Source: Porticoccaceae bacterium
Lineage (GTDB): Bacteria; Pseudomonadota; Gammaproteobacteria; Pseudomonadales; Porticoccaceae
Direction of reading: 5' to 3'
DNA length: 38,846 nucleotides
NCBI GenBank assembly: GCA_023255165.1
Contig: JALRJD010000154.1
Span: forward strand, 1-38,846
The notes beneath the pieces were generated by a model, which was given only the letters and a program-made list of their open reading frames with translations, had not been told where the DNA came from and did no database searches. The translations under genes and the position numbers were made by a program. Shown here in pieces: positions 8,505-17,741 of the stretch. Position 1 is the stretch's first letter. Every line of letters begins with the position of its first letter.

Positions 8505-9871
8505 AACTGAAATTCGTTAAAGTTTGTGCCGCTTTCATAGCTGCTGCTGCGGTAAGCATGCCAGCGCTGGCACAGGATGCAAAAACCCTCGACGAGCTGC
8601 TGAACATGATTCAGAGCTCAACGATTTCCGAGTCCAAGGAATATCGTCAACGCGAAGCCGAGTTCAAGGCTGATCAGCGCAAGCAGGCTTCACAGCTCGC
8701 AAGCGCCAAGAACACCAAGGCTGCTGAAGAGCGCCGTTCCGATCGTCTTGAGCAGGAAATTCGCGACAACGACCTCAAGCTGGCCGCACTGCGTGAGCAG
8801 CGTGACAAGCGTCTCGGTTCCTTGAAAGAGCTGTTTGGCCACCTGACAGGCGCCGCCGGTGATATCCGCGCCAACCTGACTCAGTCCATCGTCAGTGCCC
8901 AGATTCCTGGTCGCACCGAGTTCCTCGACGAACTGATCGACAAGATGAGCAGCGACACTCGCCTGCCTTCGATTACTGATATCGAGAAGCTGTGGTACGA
9001 GCAGCAGCGCGAAATGATTGAAAGCGGCCGTGTGGTCAAATTCAACCGCACTGTGCTGCGTGCAGACGGCAGTCAGCAAGAGATGGAAGTTGTTCGCGTT
9101 GGCGCCTACAACCTGTTGGCTGATGGCATGTACCTCGAGTACAGCCCGGAAAACGGTCTGGTCTCTGAGCTGGCACGTCAGCCCTCAGGCCACAACGGCG
9201 GCGCAGCTGATCTTCAGGACGCTACAAGCGGCTTCACCAAAGTGGGTCTGGATCCTACCGGACCTCTGGGTGGCGGTTTGCTGCGCGCACTGATCAATAC
9301 GCCAACCATGATGGAGCGCTGGCACTTCGGTGGTCTGGTTGGTTACGTGATCACTGGTGTATTTGTTGTCGCAATTCTGCTGGCGGTATGGCGCTTTATC
9401 TTCCTGCAAGGTGTCTCTTCCAAGGTATCTGCACAGCTTAAGCGCCCAGAATCAGCCAGTCTGGATAACCCACTGGGTCGCGTGCTGGCGGTAGCTCAGG
9501 CCAACCCCGGTCTGGATGCAGAGTCGCTGGAGCTTAAGCTTCACGAAGCGGTACTCAAGGAGCGTCCATCAATTGAGTCTGGCCTCAGCCTGCTCAAGAT
9601 CATCGCCATGGTTGCCCCGCTGCTCGGTCTGCTGGGTACAGTGACCGGTATGATTATTACTTTCCAGATGATTACCCTGTTTGGTGCGGGCGATCCAAAG
9701 GCAATGGCCGGCGGTATCTCCCAGGCACTGATCACTACTGTACTGGGTCTGGTTGTTGCGATTCCAACAGTATTGATGCACACATTGGTCAATGGAAAAG
9801 CACAGCGTGTTCTGCATATCCTTGAAGAGCAGAGCGCTGGAATCGTAGCTGGTTCAGTAGAGGGTCGCTAA
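8501..9871 (+). CDS. Large MotA/TolQ/ExbB family protein (TtpC-like)
   Basis: Signal peptide, long periplasmic coiled coil, VVRVGAYNL, and a C-terminal ExbB domain (APLLGLLGTVTGMI, MAGGISQALITTVLGL). ATGA overlap with the upstream gene. Confidence 0.9.
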   Translation: MKLKFVKVCAAFIAAAAVSMPALAQDAKTLDELLNMIQSSTISESKEYRQREAEFKADQRKQASQLASAKNTKAAEERRSDRLEQEIRDNDLKLAALREQRDKRLGSLKELFGHLTGAAGDIRANLTQSIVSAQIPGRTEFLDELIDKMSSDTRLPSITDIEKLWYEQQREMIESGRVVKFNRTVLRADGSQQEMEVVRVGAYNLLADGMYLEYSPENGLVSELARQPSGHNGGAADLQDATSGFTKVGLDPTGPLGGGLLRALINTPTMMERWHFGGLVGYVITGVFVVAILLAVWRFIFLQGVSSKVSAQLKRPESASLDNPLGRVLAVAQANPGLDAESLELKLHEAVLKERPSIESGLSLLKIIAMVAPLLGLLGTVTGMIITFQMITLFGAGDPKAMAGGISQALITTVLGLVVAIPTVLMHTLVNGKAQRVLHILEEQSAGIVAGSVEGR

Positions 9872-9872
9872 C

Positions 9873-10397
9873 ATGTGGTTTGTTGATACTCTCGCAGAAG
9901 TTGGAAAGTTTATGGATTCAGGCGGCATGGTCCTTTGGGCCATTGTCGTCCTGCTCTTCGTAATGTGGACTCTCCTTTTTGAGCGCATGTGGTATCTCAA
10001 AACCAGCGTCAGCGTTGATGTTCAATACGCTCTTGATAGCTGGGAGGCGCGCGCTGAGCGCAAATCCAAGCGCGCCCATCAGATCAGGGAAAAACTGATC
10101 TCTGAAGTCAGCGTCAAGATCGATGAAAACATTATGATGATCAAAACTCTGGTTGCCCTGGCCCCGCTGTTTGGTCTGCTGGGCACGGTAACCGGAATGA
10201 TTGTCGTGTTTGACGTAATGGCATTTACCGGCGGCGGTGACGCCAAGGCGATGGCAGGTGGTGTTTCCCAGGCAACTGTACCGACCATGTCGGGCATGGT
10301 TGCCGCACTGTCCGGCGTATTCGGCATGACCTATGTCGAGCGCGCCGCGGAGCGGGAAAAGAATCTGCTCGAAGACCATCTGACCATGGATCACTAA
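9873..10397 (+). CDS. exbB: ExbB proton channel
   Basis: APLFGLLGTVTGMI.VFDV, MAGGVSQATVPTMSGM. Confidence 0.88.
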   Translation: MWFVDTLAEVGKFMDSGGMVLWAIVVLLFVMWTLLFERMWYLKTSVSVDVQYALDSWEARAERKSKRAHQIREKLISEVSVKIDENIMMIKTLVALAPLFGLLGTVTGMIVVFDVMAFTGGGDAKAMAGGVSQATVPTMSGMVAALSGVFGMTYVERAAEREKNLLEDHLTMDH

Positions 10398-10437
10398 CCG
10401 GCGCCTGTTAAAGACATGGCTCCTGTGAGAGAAAACT

Positions 10438-10842
10438 ATGCGCAATAGAACAAGTGGATCACAACCCCAGGGCGAGGCAATCGACCTCACCCCGATGCTG
10501 GATGTGGTTTTTATTATGCTGATCTTTTTCATTGTGACGGCATCGTTTATCAAACTGCCCGGTGTCGACGTTAATAAAGTCGACGCCGATACGGCAGACC
10601 CCTACAAAAAAGTAGGTATTCTGGTAGCGGTCAGCGAAAACAATGAAATCTGGATTGATAAAAAGCGCGTGGAGCCCACTGCGTTGAAAATCAATCTGAC
10701 AAGACTGTACAACGAAAACCCAAAGGGCGGCATGGTTATCCAGGCCGACAATGAATCAAATATTGAAATGGTCGCCAAGGTGGCCGATGTCGCAACCGAC
10801 ATTGGTATCCGCCCGGTGGGTATTTCGGTAGAAAAAGACTGA
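10438..10842 (+). CDS. exbD: ExbD/TolR biopolymer transport protein
   Basis: IDLTPMLDVVFIMLIFFIVTASF transmembrane helix with the conserved Asp; VIQAD motif. Confidence 0.93.
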   Translation: MRNRTSGSQPQGEAIDLTPMLDVVFIMLIFFIVTASFIKLPGVDVNKVDADTADPYKKVGILVAVSENNEIWIDKKRVEPTALKINLTRLYNENPKGGMVIQADNESNIEMVAKVADVATDIGIRPVGISVEKD

Positions 10843-10851
10843 GTTAAGAGT

Positions 10852-11460
10852 ATGGCTGTTATCAGAGTTGGTATTTCTGCTGCACTTGGTGTCCTGATTA
10901 CCTTTGCGTTGATCATCGTGATGTATAAGTTGATTGACTCGGGTAACAAGGAGATGGACGACAAAGAGACGATTAAAATCGCCGACTTCCTCCATGTTGA
11001 CCGCCAGGTTGCCGAGAATGCAAAGCAGACCGAAGTGGAAAAGCCTGAAGATCCGGAGACTCCTCCACCGGAAATTCCCGAAGAAAACATCGAGTTTGAA
11101 GTCCCTGAAAATGCCGTGAGCATGGCGGCCCCCGCGGCCAATGCCAATCTCAAAATCGGTGGCGCTGGCGGTTTTGCCCGGGATTCAGACTATATTCCTG
11201 TCTATGTTCCCCAGCCGCAGTACCCGCGTCGGGCTCAAACCCGTGGTAAAGAAGGCTATGCGGTGATCGAAGTAACCATTACCACCACCGGTGGCACCAG
11301 GGATCCGCTTCTGATTGAGGAATATCCGGAAGGTTGGGGTTTTGGACGTGCGGCACTTAAGGCAGCGGAAAAACTCAAGTACAACCCACGGGTGGTTGAC
11401 GGAGTGGGGCAGGAAGTTCCTGGCGTGCTGTATAAATTTACTTTCCAGATGGCAAAATAA
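10852..11460 (+). CDS. tonB: Energy transducer TonB (short form)
   Basis: N-terminal TM anchor, short Pro/Glu linker (KPEDPETPPPEIP), C-terminal domain PQYPRRA...EGYA...FGRAALKA..KLKYNPRVVDG. Confidence 0.9.
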   Translation: MAVIRVGISAALGVLITFALIIVMYKLIDSGNKEMDDKETIKIADFLHVDRQVAENAKQTEVEKPEDPETPPPEIPEENIEFEVPENAVSMAAPAANANLKIGGAGGFARDSDYIPVYVPQPQYPRRAQTRGKEGYAVIEVTITTTGGTRDPLLIEEYPEGWGFGRAALKAAEKLKYNPRVVDGVGQEVPGVLYKFTFQMAK

Positions 11461-11467
11461 GGAGTCA

Positions 11468-12835
11468 ATGATGTCTAGAAGCACAAAATTTCTAGCTGTA
11501 TTCGGCGCTGCATTCTTTTTGCCGTTGATGGTCGCAGTGGTTCAACCTCAGTCTGTATTGGCTGCTTCGGTTAGTGCCGCCGAGGAAAAAGAAGAGCCCA
11601 AGTACAAAGACGTTAAAACACGTCAGCGTCAGTCTGTTGGCGCCAAGTGTGCCAAGGCGCTGGAAAAGATTCAGCCCGAGATCGAAGCTGAGAACTGGGC
11701 TGGTTCGCTGCAGATGCTGAAAGAGATCGGCGCAAGTGAAAAGACCTGCGCCACCGACTATGAGCAGACTCAGGTGTGGAAATTTTCCGCCTATGTTTAC
11801 TACTCCCTCGACGACTACGCGGCCGCTATTCGTGAATACCTGAGAGTGGTTAACGGTGTCGGCACGCCTCCTGAGTTAAAGCTCGATACTCGCTACACCT
11901 TGGCACAGCTTTACACCGTTCAGGAAGACTACCGCAATGCGGCCAAGCAGCTTGAAGCCTGGATGGCTGAGTCAACTATTGTTGGCGCGGATGCCAAGAT
12001 GTTGTTGGCACAGATCTACTACCAGCTCGAGCGCAAGAAAGACTCGCTGCGTCTGGTTGAAGAAGCCATTGCCGACGTTGAGGCTAAAGATATTCTGCCG
12101 AAAGAGGGCTGGTGGGGTCTGCAGCGCGTGCTGTACTACGAGAAGAACGACTACAAAAAAGTGGTCAGTATCCTCGAGAAACTGGTCAAGCACTACCCCA
12201 AGTGGACTTACTGGCGTCAGCTTGGCGGCATGTACGGCGAGCTTGAGCGTGAAACCGATCGTCTGGTTGCCACCGAGGTGGTTTATCTGAATGGCCAGCT
12301 CGACAAAGAGAGCCAGGTCATGAGCATGGCCTATATGTATCTCGGCGCAGAGGTTCCCTACCGCGCGGCGGTTATTATCGAAAAGGGGATGAAAGACGGC
12401 ATTATCAAGCGCACGGCGAAGAATCTCGAAGTGCTGGGTACCGCCTGGTACCAGTCAAAAGATCTTAACAACGCTGTAAAAGCCCTTGAAGACGCGTCAA
12501 AGAAATCCGATACCGGTAACCTGCAGGCGCGTTTGGCGGGTATCTACCTCGACCTTGGCCGTGACAAAGATGCTTATAAAGCCTCCGTTCGCGCTGACAA
12601 GAAAGGCGGCGTCAAGCGTCCTGAATCCAATTATCTGGTGATGGGCAATGCGCTGATCAATCTGCACTGCTACAACGATGCTATTGATGCGTTCAAGAAG
12701 TCGATCAAGGCATCAAAGGATGAAAAGAACAAACGTTACCCACGGCAGTGGATTCGCTATGCCGATACCGAAGGCACGCGACTGCAGAAGCTTCGCGACG
12801 TGGGCGCAACGGTTCCTGGTTGTAGCAAAGGCTAA
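11468..12835 (+). CDS. Periplasmic tetratricopeptide-repeat protein (TtpD-like)
   Basis: Signal peptide and TPR-like repeats (LAQLY, LAQIYY, VLGTAWY). Start ATG 11468 or 11471 after GGAG; the track ORF's N-terminal extension overlaps tonB. Confidence 0.85.
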   Translation: MMSRSTKFLAVFGAAFFLPLMVAVVQPQSVLAASVSAAEEKEEPKYKDVKTRQRQSVGAKCAKALEKIQPEIEAENWAGSLQMLKEIGASEKTCATDYEQTQVWKFSAYVYYSLDDYAAAIREYLRVVNGVGTPPELKLDTRYTLAQLYTVQEDYRNAAKQLEAWMAESTIVGADAKMLLAQIYYQLERKKDSLRLVEEAIADVEAKDILPKEGWWGLQRVLYYEKNDYKKVVSILEKLVKHYPKWTYWRQLGGMYGELERETDRLVATEVVYLNGQLDKESQVMSMAYMYLGAEVPYRAAVIIEKGMKDGIIKRTAKNLEVLGTAWYQSKDLNNAVKALEDASKKSDTGNLQARLAGIYLDLGRDKDAYKASVRADKKGGVKRPESNYLVMGNALINLHCYNDAIDAFKKSIKASKDEKNKRYPRQWIRYADTEGTRLQKLRDVGATVPGCSKG

Positions 12836-12862
12836 ATTCTGAATCGTCAAATCCTCAGAAAT

Positions 12863-12895
12863 AAAAAAACCCGGAACACAGTTCCGGGTTTTTTT
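12863..12895. terminator. Bidirectional Rho-independent terminator
   Basis: A7-CCCGGAAC-aca-GTTCCGGG-T7 between the convergent TPR gene and ilvD. Confidence 0.93.
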
Positions 12896-12930
12896 ATGCT
12901 CGACAATCAAGAGCGCTATTGAGAGGTTGG

Positions 12931-14766
12931 TTACAGCTGCGACAGATCGCGTACCGCGCCTTTGTCGGCACTGGTGGCCAGCTTGGCATAGGCTCTGAGC
13001 GCAGCCGATACCGCACGTGGGCGTGGCTCCGCAGGCTGCCAGCCGAGCTTGTCCTGTTCCGCCCGGCGCGCTGCCAACTCTTCGTCGGAGATCAGCACTT
13101 CAATTGAACGATTGGGGATATCGATACGAATTTTATCGCCCTGGCGAACCAGGCCAATATTGCCGCCGGCACCAGCCTCAGGTGATACGTGGCCAATCGA
13201 CAGGCCGGATGTACCGCCGGAGAAGCGACCATCGGTAATCAGTGCGCAGGCCTTGCCGAGATTTTTCGACTTGATATAACTGGTTGGGTAGAGCATCTCC
13301 TGCATGCCCGGCCCACCGCGAGGACCTTCGTAGCGCACAATCACCACATCGCCGGCCTTTACCCGATCATTCAAAATGGCATCTACCGCTTCATCCTGGC
13401 TTTCGGTGATAAAGGCAGGGCCTTCAAAGACATGGATCGACTCATCCACGCCAGAGGTTTTCACCACGCAGCCGTCCGGTGCCAGATTGCCGGTCAACAC
13501 CGCCAGCCCGCCCTCACGACTAAAGGCATTTTCAAGGTTGCGTATACAGCCATTTTCACGATCCGCATCCAGCGATGGCCACCGCGTGCTCTGACTGAAG
13601 GCTGTCTGGGTTGGAATACCCGCAGGCCCGGCTTTGTAAAAGGTTTTGACCTCATCGCTGACATGGCCGCTGACAATATCCCACTTGTTCAGCGCTTCGC
13701 TCAATGTGTTTGAATGCACGGTCGGCAAATCACTGTGAATCAATCCGGCGCGATTAAGTTCGGCGAGAATGCCCATAATACCGCCGGCGCGGTGCACATC
13801 TTCGATATGGTACTCGGGTGTATTTGGCGCCACCTTGCACAGCTGCGGCACCACCCGTGACAGGCGGTCGATGTCGGCCATATCAAACTCGATGCCGGCC
13901 TCCTGCACCGCTGCCAGCAGGTGCAGAATGGTATTGGTTGAACCACCCATGCAGATATCCAGCGTCATGGCGTTTTCAAAGGCCTTGAAGTTGGCAATTG
14001 AACGCGGCAGCACAGAGTCATCGTCCTGCTCATAATGGCGGCGCGTTATATCGACAATAGTGCGGCCAGCCTGTTGAAACAGTTCACGGCGATCCGAGTG
14101 CGTCGCCAGCACCGTGCCATTGCCAGGCAGCGAAAGCCCCAGCGCCTCGGTCAGGCAGTTCATTGAGTTGGCGGTAAACATTCCGGAACAGGAGCCGCAG
14201 GTTGGGCACGCGGAGCGCTCGTATTCTGCCACCTTCTCATCGCTGGCACTATCATCCACAGCAATCACCATGGCATCGACCAGGTCGAGCTTGTGCTCTG
14301 CCAGTTTGGTTTTGCCCGCCTCCATTGGACCGCCAGAGACAAAAATAACCGGAATATTCAGGCGCATTGCCGCCATCAACATTCCCGGAGTGATCTTGTC
14401 GCAGTTGGAAATACAGACCAGCGCATCGGCACAGTGGGCATTGACCATATACTCCACCGAGTCGGCAATAATATCCCGCGATGGCAGCGAATAGAGCATG
14501 CCGTCGTGGCCCATGGCAATGCCATCGTCCACCGCGATCGTATGAAACTCCCGGGCAATACCACCGGCTTTGGCAATCTCTTCTGCAACCAGATCGCCGA
14601 GATCCTTGAGGTGTACGTGGCCAGGCACAAACTGGGTATAGGAGTTGGCGATGGCAATCATCGGCTTGTTGAAGTCATCGTCCTTCATGCCCGTGGCGCG
14701 CCACAGCGCTCTGGCTCCAGCCATATTGCGGCCTTGAGTGGTGGTGTGTGATCTGTACTTGGGCAT
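12931..14766 (-). CDS. ilvD: Dihydroxy-acid dehydratase
   Basis: [79 protein letters not shown]. Confidence 0.98.
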   Translation of the reverse strand: MPKYRSHTTTQGRNMAGARALWRATGMKDDDFNKPMIAIANSYTQFVPGHVHLKDLGDLVAEEIAKAGGIAREFHTIAVDDGIAMGHDGMLYSLPSRDIIADSVEYMVNAHCADALVCISNCDKITPGMLMAAMRLNIPVIFVSGGPMEAGKTKLAEHKLDLVDAMVIAVDDSASDEKVAEYERSACPTCGSCSGMFTANSMNCLTEALGLSLPGNGTVLATHSDRRELFQQAGRTIVDITRRHYEQDDDSVLPRSIANFKAFENAMTLDICMGGSTNTILHLLAAVQEAGIEFDMADIDRLSRVVPQLCKVAPNTPEYHIEDVHRAGGIMGILAELNRAGLIHSDLPTVHSNTLSEALNKWDIVSGHVSDEVKTFYKAGPAGIPTQTAFSQSTRWPSLDADRENGCIRNLENAFSREGGLAVLTGNLAPDGCVVKTSGVDESIHVFEGPAFITESQDEAVDAILNDRVKAGDVVIVRYEGPRGGPGMQEMLYPTSYIKSKNLGKACALITDGRFSGGTSGLSIGHVSPEAGAGGNIGLVRQGDKIRIDIPNRSIEVLISDEELAARRAEQDKLGWQPAEPRPRAVSAALRAYAKLATSADKGAVRDLSQL

Positions 14767-14790
14767 CTACATTCTCTTTATTGAATTATG

Positions 14791-14820
14791 AAAAAAGTGT
14801 CTTGCCCTGATGGGCAGATA
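14791..14820 (-). terminator. Possible terminator after argA
   Basis: The minus strand reads TGCCC-atca-GGGCA hairpin, then AGACAC and T6. Confidence 0.4.
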
Positions 14821-14828
14821 AATAAATT

Positions 14829-16151
14829 TTACAGTTGCTTGCTGAAAATACGCGACTGACGCTGATAGTTGTACAGCGACTGTTTTTCGGCGGGTAGATC
14901 AGTCAGGGTCGCTTCGACAAAACCCTGCTCTCGAAACCAGTGCGCAGTCTGTGTGGTCAACACAAACAAGGTTTTAAGGCTGTTCGCGCGGGCGTCACTT
15001 TCAATGTTTTTGAGTAGACGCGAAGCAATGCCCTGATTGTGAAATTCAGGGTGCGTTGCTACACAGGCCAACTCACCGGCATCGCTATTGTCGATCGGGT
15101 AGAGTGCGGCGCAGCCGAGCAATGTCCCCTCAGGGTGCACCACCACCATAAAGCGCGAAATCTCGGTTTCCAGCAGCTCGCGTGAGCGCTTGACCAAAAT
15201 CCCTTTCTGCTCGAGCGGCGCAATCAGATCAAGAATCCCGCCCACATCGTCAATGGTGGCAGGTCTGATCACCTCGGAATAATCCTTCATAATCAATGTG
15301 CCGCTACCATCACGGGTAAATAGCTCGCGCAGCAATGTGCCATCGTCGCTGCAACCGACCAGATGCACGCGGTCGACACTGTTGCGACAGGCTTGATAGG
15401 CCGATGCCAGCAGCGCGTATTGCTCTGAGTCTTCACCGCCAGCCTTTTTCAGTCGCGCTTTCATATCAATCACTTCGGGCAGTGACAGATTGCGCAACAG
15501 TGTCTTTTCGGCATCGAGAATGCCCGGTGCCTTGGACAGCAGAATCAGTTTCTCCGCGTTCAGTGCAATCGCCGTCTCCGTGGCCACATCCAGATAGCTG
15601 AGATTAAATGCCTCACCGGTTGGCGAAAAGCCGATTGTCGACATCAACACTAGCGCGTCGCTCTCCAATTGCTGGGTAATCGCCGCGCTATCAATGCGGC
15701 GAATTTCACCGGCGCGCTGGAAATCGACACCCTCGCGCACACCCACCGGTTTGGCGGTGATAAAGTTGCCACCAATCACGCGCACGCGGGCACCATGCAT
15801 CGGCGAATTGGGTAGCCCCATCGACAGTGCTGATTCAATCTGAAAGCGTGTTGAACCGACCGCCTCTTTAACACATTGCATTGACGCGGCATCGGTTACC
15901 CGTATCTGATCGCGAAAAACCGTTTCCAGGCCCGCCAGTTGCAGACGCTGATCGATCTGCGGTCGCGCACCGTGAACTAAAACAATATTGACGCCAAGGC
16001 TCTGCATCAGCGCTATATCGTGAACAATGCCGTCAAAATTATCGTCCAGCACGGCCTCACCACTCATTGCGATAACAAAGGTTTTACCCCTGTGCGCATG
16101 AATATAAGGCGAGGTCTCGCGGAAAAATTGAATGTAGTTGTTGGTTGTCAT
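14829..16151 (-). CDS. argA: Amino-acid N-acetyltransferase (N-acetylglutamate synthase)
   Basis: FRETSPYIHAHRGKTFV, LVHGARPQI, ELFTRDGSGT, and a C-terminal GNAT domain (ELACVA, LTTQTAHWF, YNYQRQSR). Start moved to ATG 16151, downstream of the argE stop. Confidence 0.95.
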   Translation of the reverse strand: MTTNNYIQFFRETSPYIHAHRGKTFVIAMSGEAVLDDNFDGIVHDIALMQSLGVNIVLVHGARPQIDQRLQLAGLETVFRDQIRVTDAASMQCVKEAVGSTRFQIESALSMGLPNSPMHGARVRVIGGNFITAKPVGVREGVDFQRAGEIRRIDSAAITQQLESDALVLMSTIGFSPTGEAFNLSYLDVATETAIALNAEKLILLSKAPGILDAEKTLLRNLSLPEVIDMKARLKKAGGEDSEQYALLASAYQACRNSVDRVHLVGCSDDGTLLRELFTRDGSGTLIMKDYSEVIRPATIDDVGGILDLIAPLEQKGILVKRSRELLETEISRFMVVVHPEGTLLGCAALYPIDNSDAGELACVATHPEFHNQGIASRLLKNIESDARANSLKTLFVLTTQTAHWFREQGFVEATLTDLPAEKQSLYNYQRQSRIFSKQL

Positions 16152-16158
16152 GGCGCGA

Positions 16159-17286
16159 TTATAAGCAACAGTGGCCGATAAGTTGAGATAAAAAATGAAT
16201 TGTCGGTTGCACCCGATCCAAAGGCAGAAATTCATTTGGTTGATGAGCTACATCGATATCCCCTGGACCCAGCACCACCACGTCCATACCCAGTTCCGCA
16301 AGGTAGGGCGCCTCGGTTGCAAAAGCCACCGACTCGCCGGCATGGCCGGTCAACTTTTCGCAAAGCGTGACCATCTCAGAGTGCTCATCACTGCAAAAAG
16401 GCGGCACCAGCAACTTCTCCAGCGACCAGCTCATTTTGTCGGCCTCGGCGGTTGCGGCAATCTGGCGCTCGAGATCCGCCTGCAACTGGTTCATATCCAT
16501 GCCGGGCAGCGGGCGAATTTCGAATGCGAGAAAACAGTGGCCACAAATACGATTGGCATTGTCACCCCCGGAAATGCAGCCAAGATTTAAGGTTGGATAG
16601 TCAATCGCAAAGCCTGGGTGTTTCTGCTGCTTCATGCGATCGCGCAGAGCCATCAACTGACCGAGAATACGCTGCATCGACTCCATGGCATTGTTGCCCA
16701 ATGCCGGGTTGCTCGAGTGTCCGGAGCTACCGCGGATAGTTAGCTTCTCAATCATAATGCCCTTGTGCATTTTGACCGGACGCATATTGGTTGGCTCACC
16801 AATTACCGCTCGCCGCGCAATTGGTGCTCCGGCCGCAACCAGTGCTTTGGCGCCGCTCATCGACGATTCCTCATCGGCGGTGGCGACAATAATCAAAGGT
16901 TGTTTGAGCGCCGTTACCTTCAGCGACTTAAACGCCTCTATCGCCAGCGGGAAAAATCCTTTCATATCGCAACTGCCAAGACCGTACCAGCGGTTATCCC
17001 GTTCACTGAGTTGAAAAGGATTGCTCTGCCACAGTGACTCATCGCAGGGCACGGTATCTGTGTGACCTGCCAGCACCAAGCCGCCGGGACCACTGCCGAA
17101 GGTGGCAATCAGGTTGGCTTTGTTGTTACCCAAATCCATAATTTCGCTGCGAAAACCAAGCTCGGTCAGTGTAGTGGCGAGCAGATCTATCACTTCCCGG
17201 TTGCCGTGATCGATAGCCGGATTAATGCTGCTGATGGAGTTGCACTGAATGATGCGTGAGAGTAATTCTGTTAATTCCATGGTCAT
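16159..17286 (-). CDS. argE: Acetylornithine deacetylase
   Basis: M20 motifs LAGHTDTVP, GSCDMKGF, TADEE, IGEPT, GHSS.P, TEAPY, GPGDI..AHQPNE. Adjacent to argA. Confidence 0.95.
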   Translation of the reverse strand: MTMELTELLSRIIQCNSISSINPAIDHGNREVIDLLATTLTELGFRSEIMDLGNNKANLIATFGSGPGGLVLAGHTDTVPCDESLWQSNPFQLSERDNRWYGLGSCDMKGFFPLAIEAFKSLKVTALKQPLIIVATADEESSMSGAKALVAAGAPIARRAVIGEPTNMRPVKMHKGIMIEKLTIRGSSGHSSNPALGNNAMESMQRILGQLMALRDRMKQQKHPGFAIDYPTLNLGCISGGDNANRICGHCFLAFEIRPLPGMDMNQLQADLERQIAATAEADKMSWSLEKLLVPPFCSDEHSEMVTLCEKLTGHAGESVAFATEAPYLAELGMDVVVLGPGDIDVAHQPNEFLPLDRVQPTIHFLSQLIGHCCL

Positions 17287-17478
17287 GCCGTTGCGGTTTA
17301 AGCCGTCGAGTTTAGCGGATTGGGTAATTTGCGCTACCCCTAAGGGGTTTTGTGACTAAAATCTGTAGATAACGAGGAGAAGTTTGCTATCGGTCAATAA
17401 CTGGCGTCTTGCCTCTAGATCGCAGCACTTCAAAGCCACTGCGGACTTTTGCCCAAATGTGGCACCGAGCATGACCGA

Positions 17479-17634
17479 GAGGGATCGGGACAAGGATCTG
17501 AGACCGTACGCCGCAGGGATAGCGGCGTCCGAGCGTACACGGACGATGGACAGGATGTCCAAGTGTCGCGGGAGGCATGGATGCCGGGAGCGACCGTATT
17601 TACAGCGTGTCGAAGAGACTTGTCCCGGTTCCTC
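17479..17634 (+). ncRNA. Candidate structured GGA-loop RNA or REP-like repeat element
   Basis: A 16-bp closing helix (17479-17494 with 17619-17634, two G-U pairs) encloses hairpins with AGGGA, AGGA and AUGGA loops. See findings. Confidence 0.6.
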
Positions 17635-17741
17635 GGATACTCCTCCACACCAGACCCCTCGGATACGCTCAGGGTGACAGTAAAAGATTTTACTCAGGAT
17701 AACATCCTAGATGCAGGATGAATCAACAACAGGAGTTACCG

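Noticed and set aside
17401-17476. Sigma54 promoter (TGGC motifs) or retron msr-msd reading of the structured element
   Set aside because: No GG-N10-GC spacing at either TGGC, and no reverse transcriptase in the window.
17356-17721. Five short overlapping ORFs (63-97 aa) in the argE-ATPase spacer
   Set aside because: No recognisable motifs or RBS. They are better explained as by-products of a GC-rich structured element.
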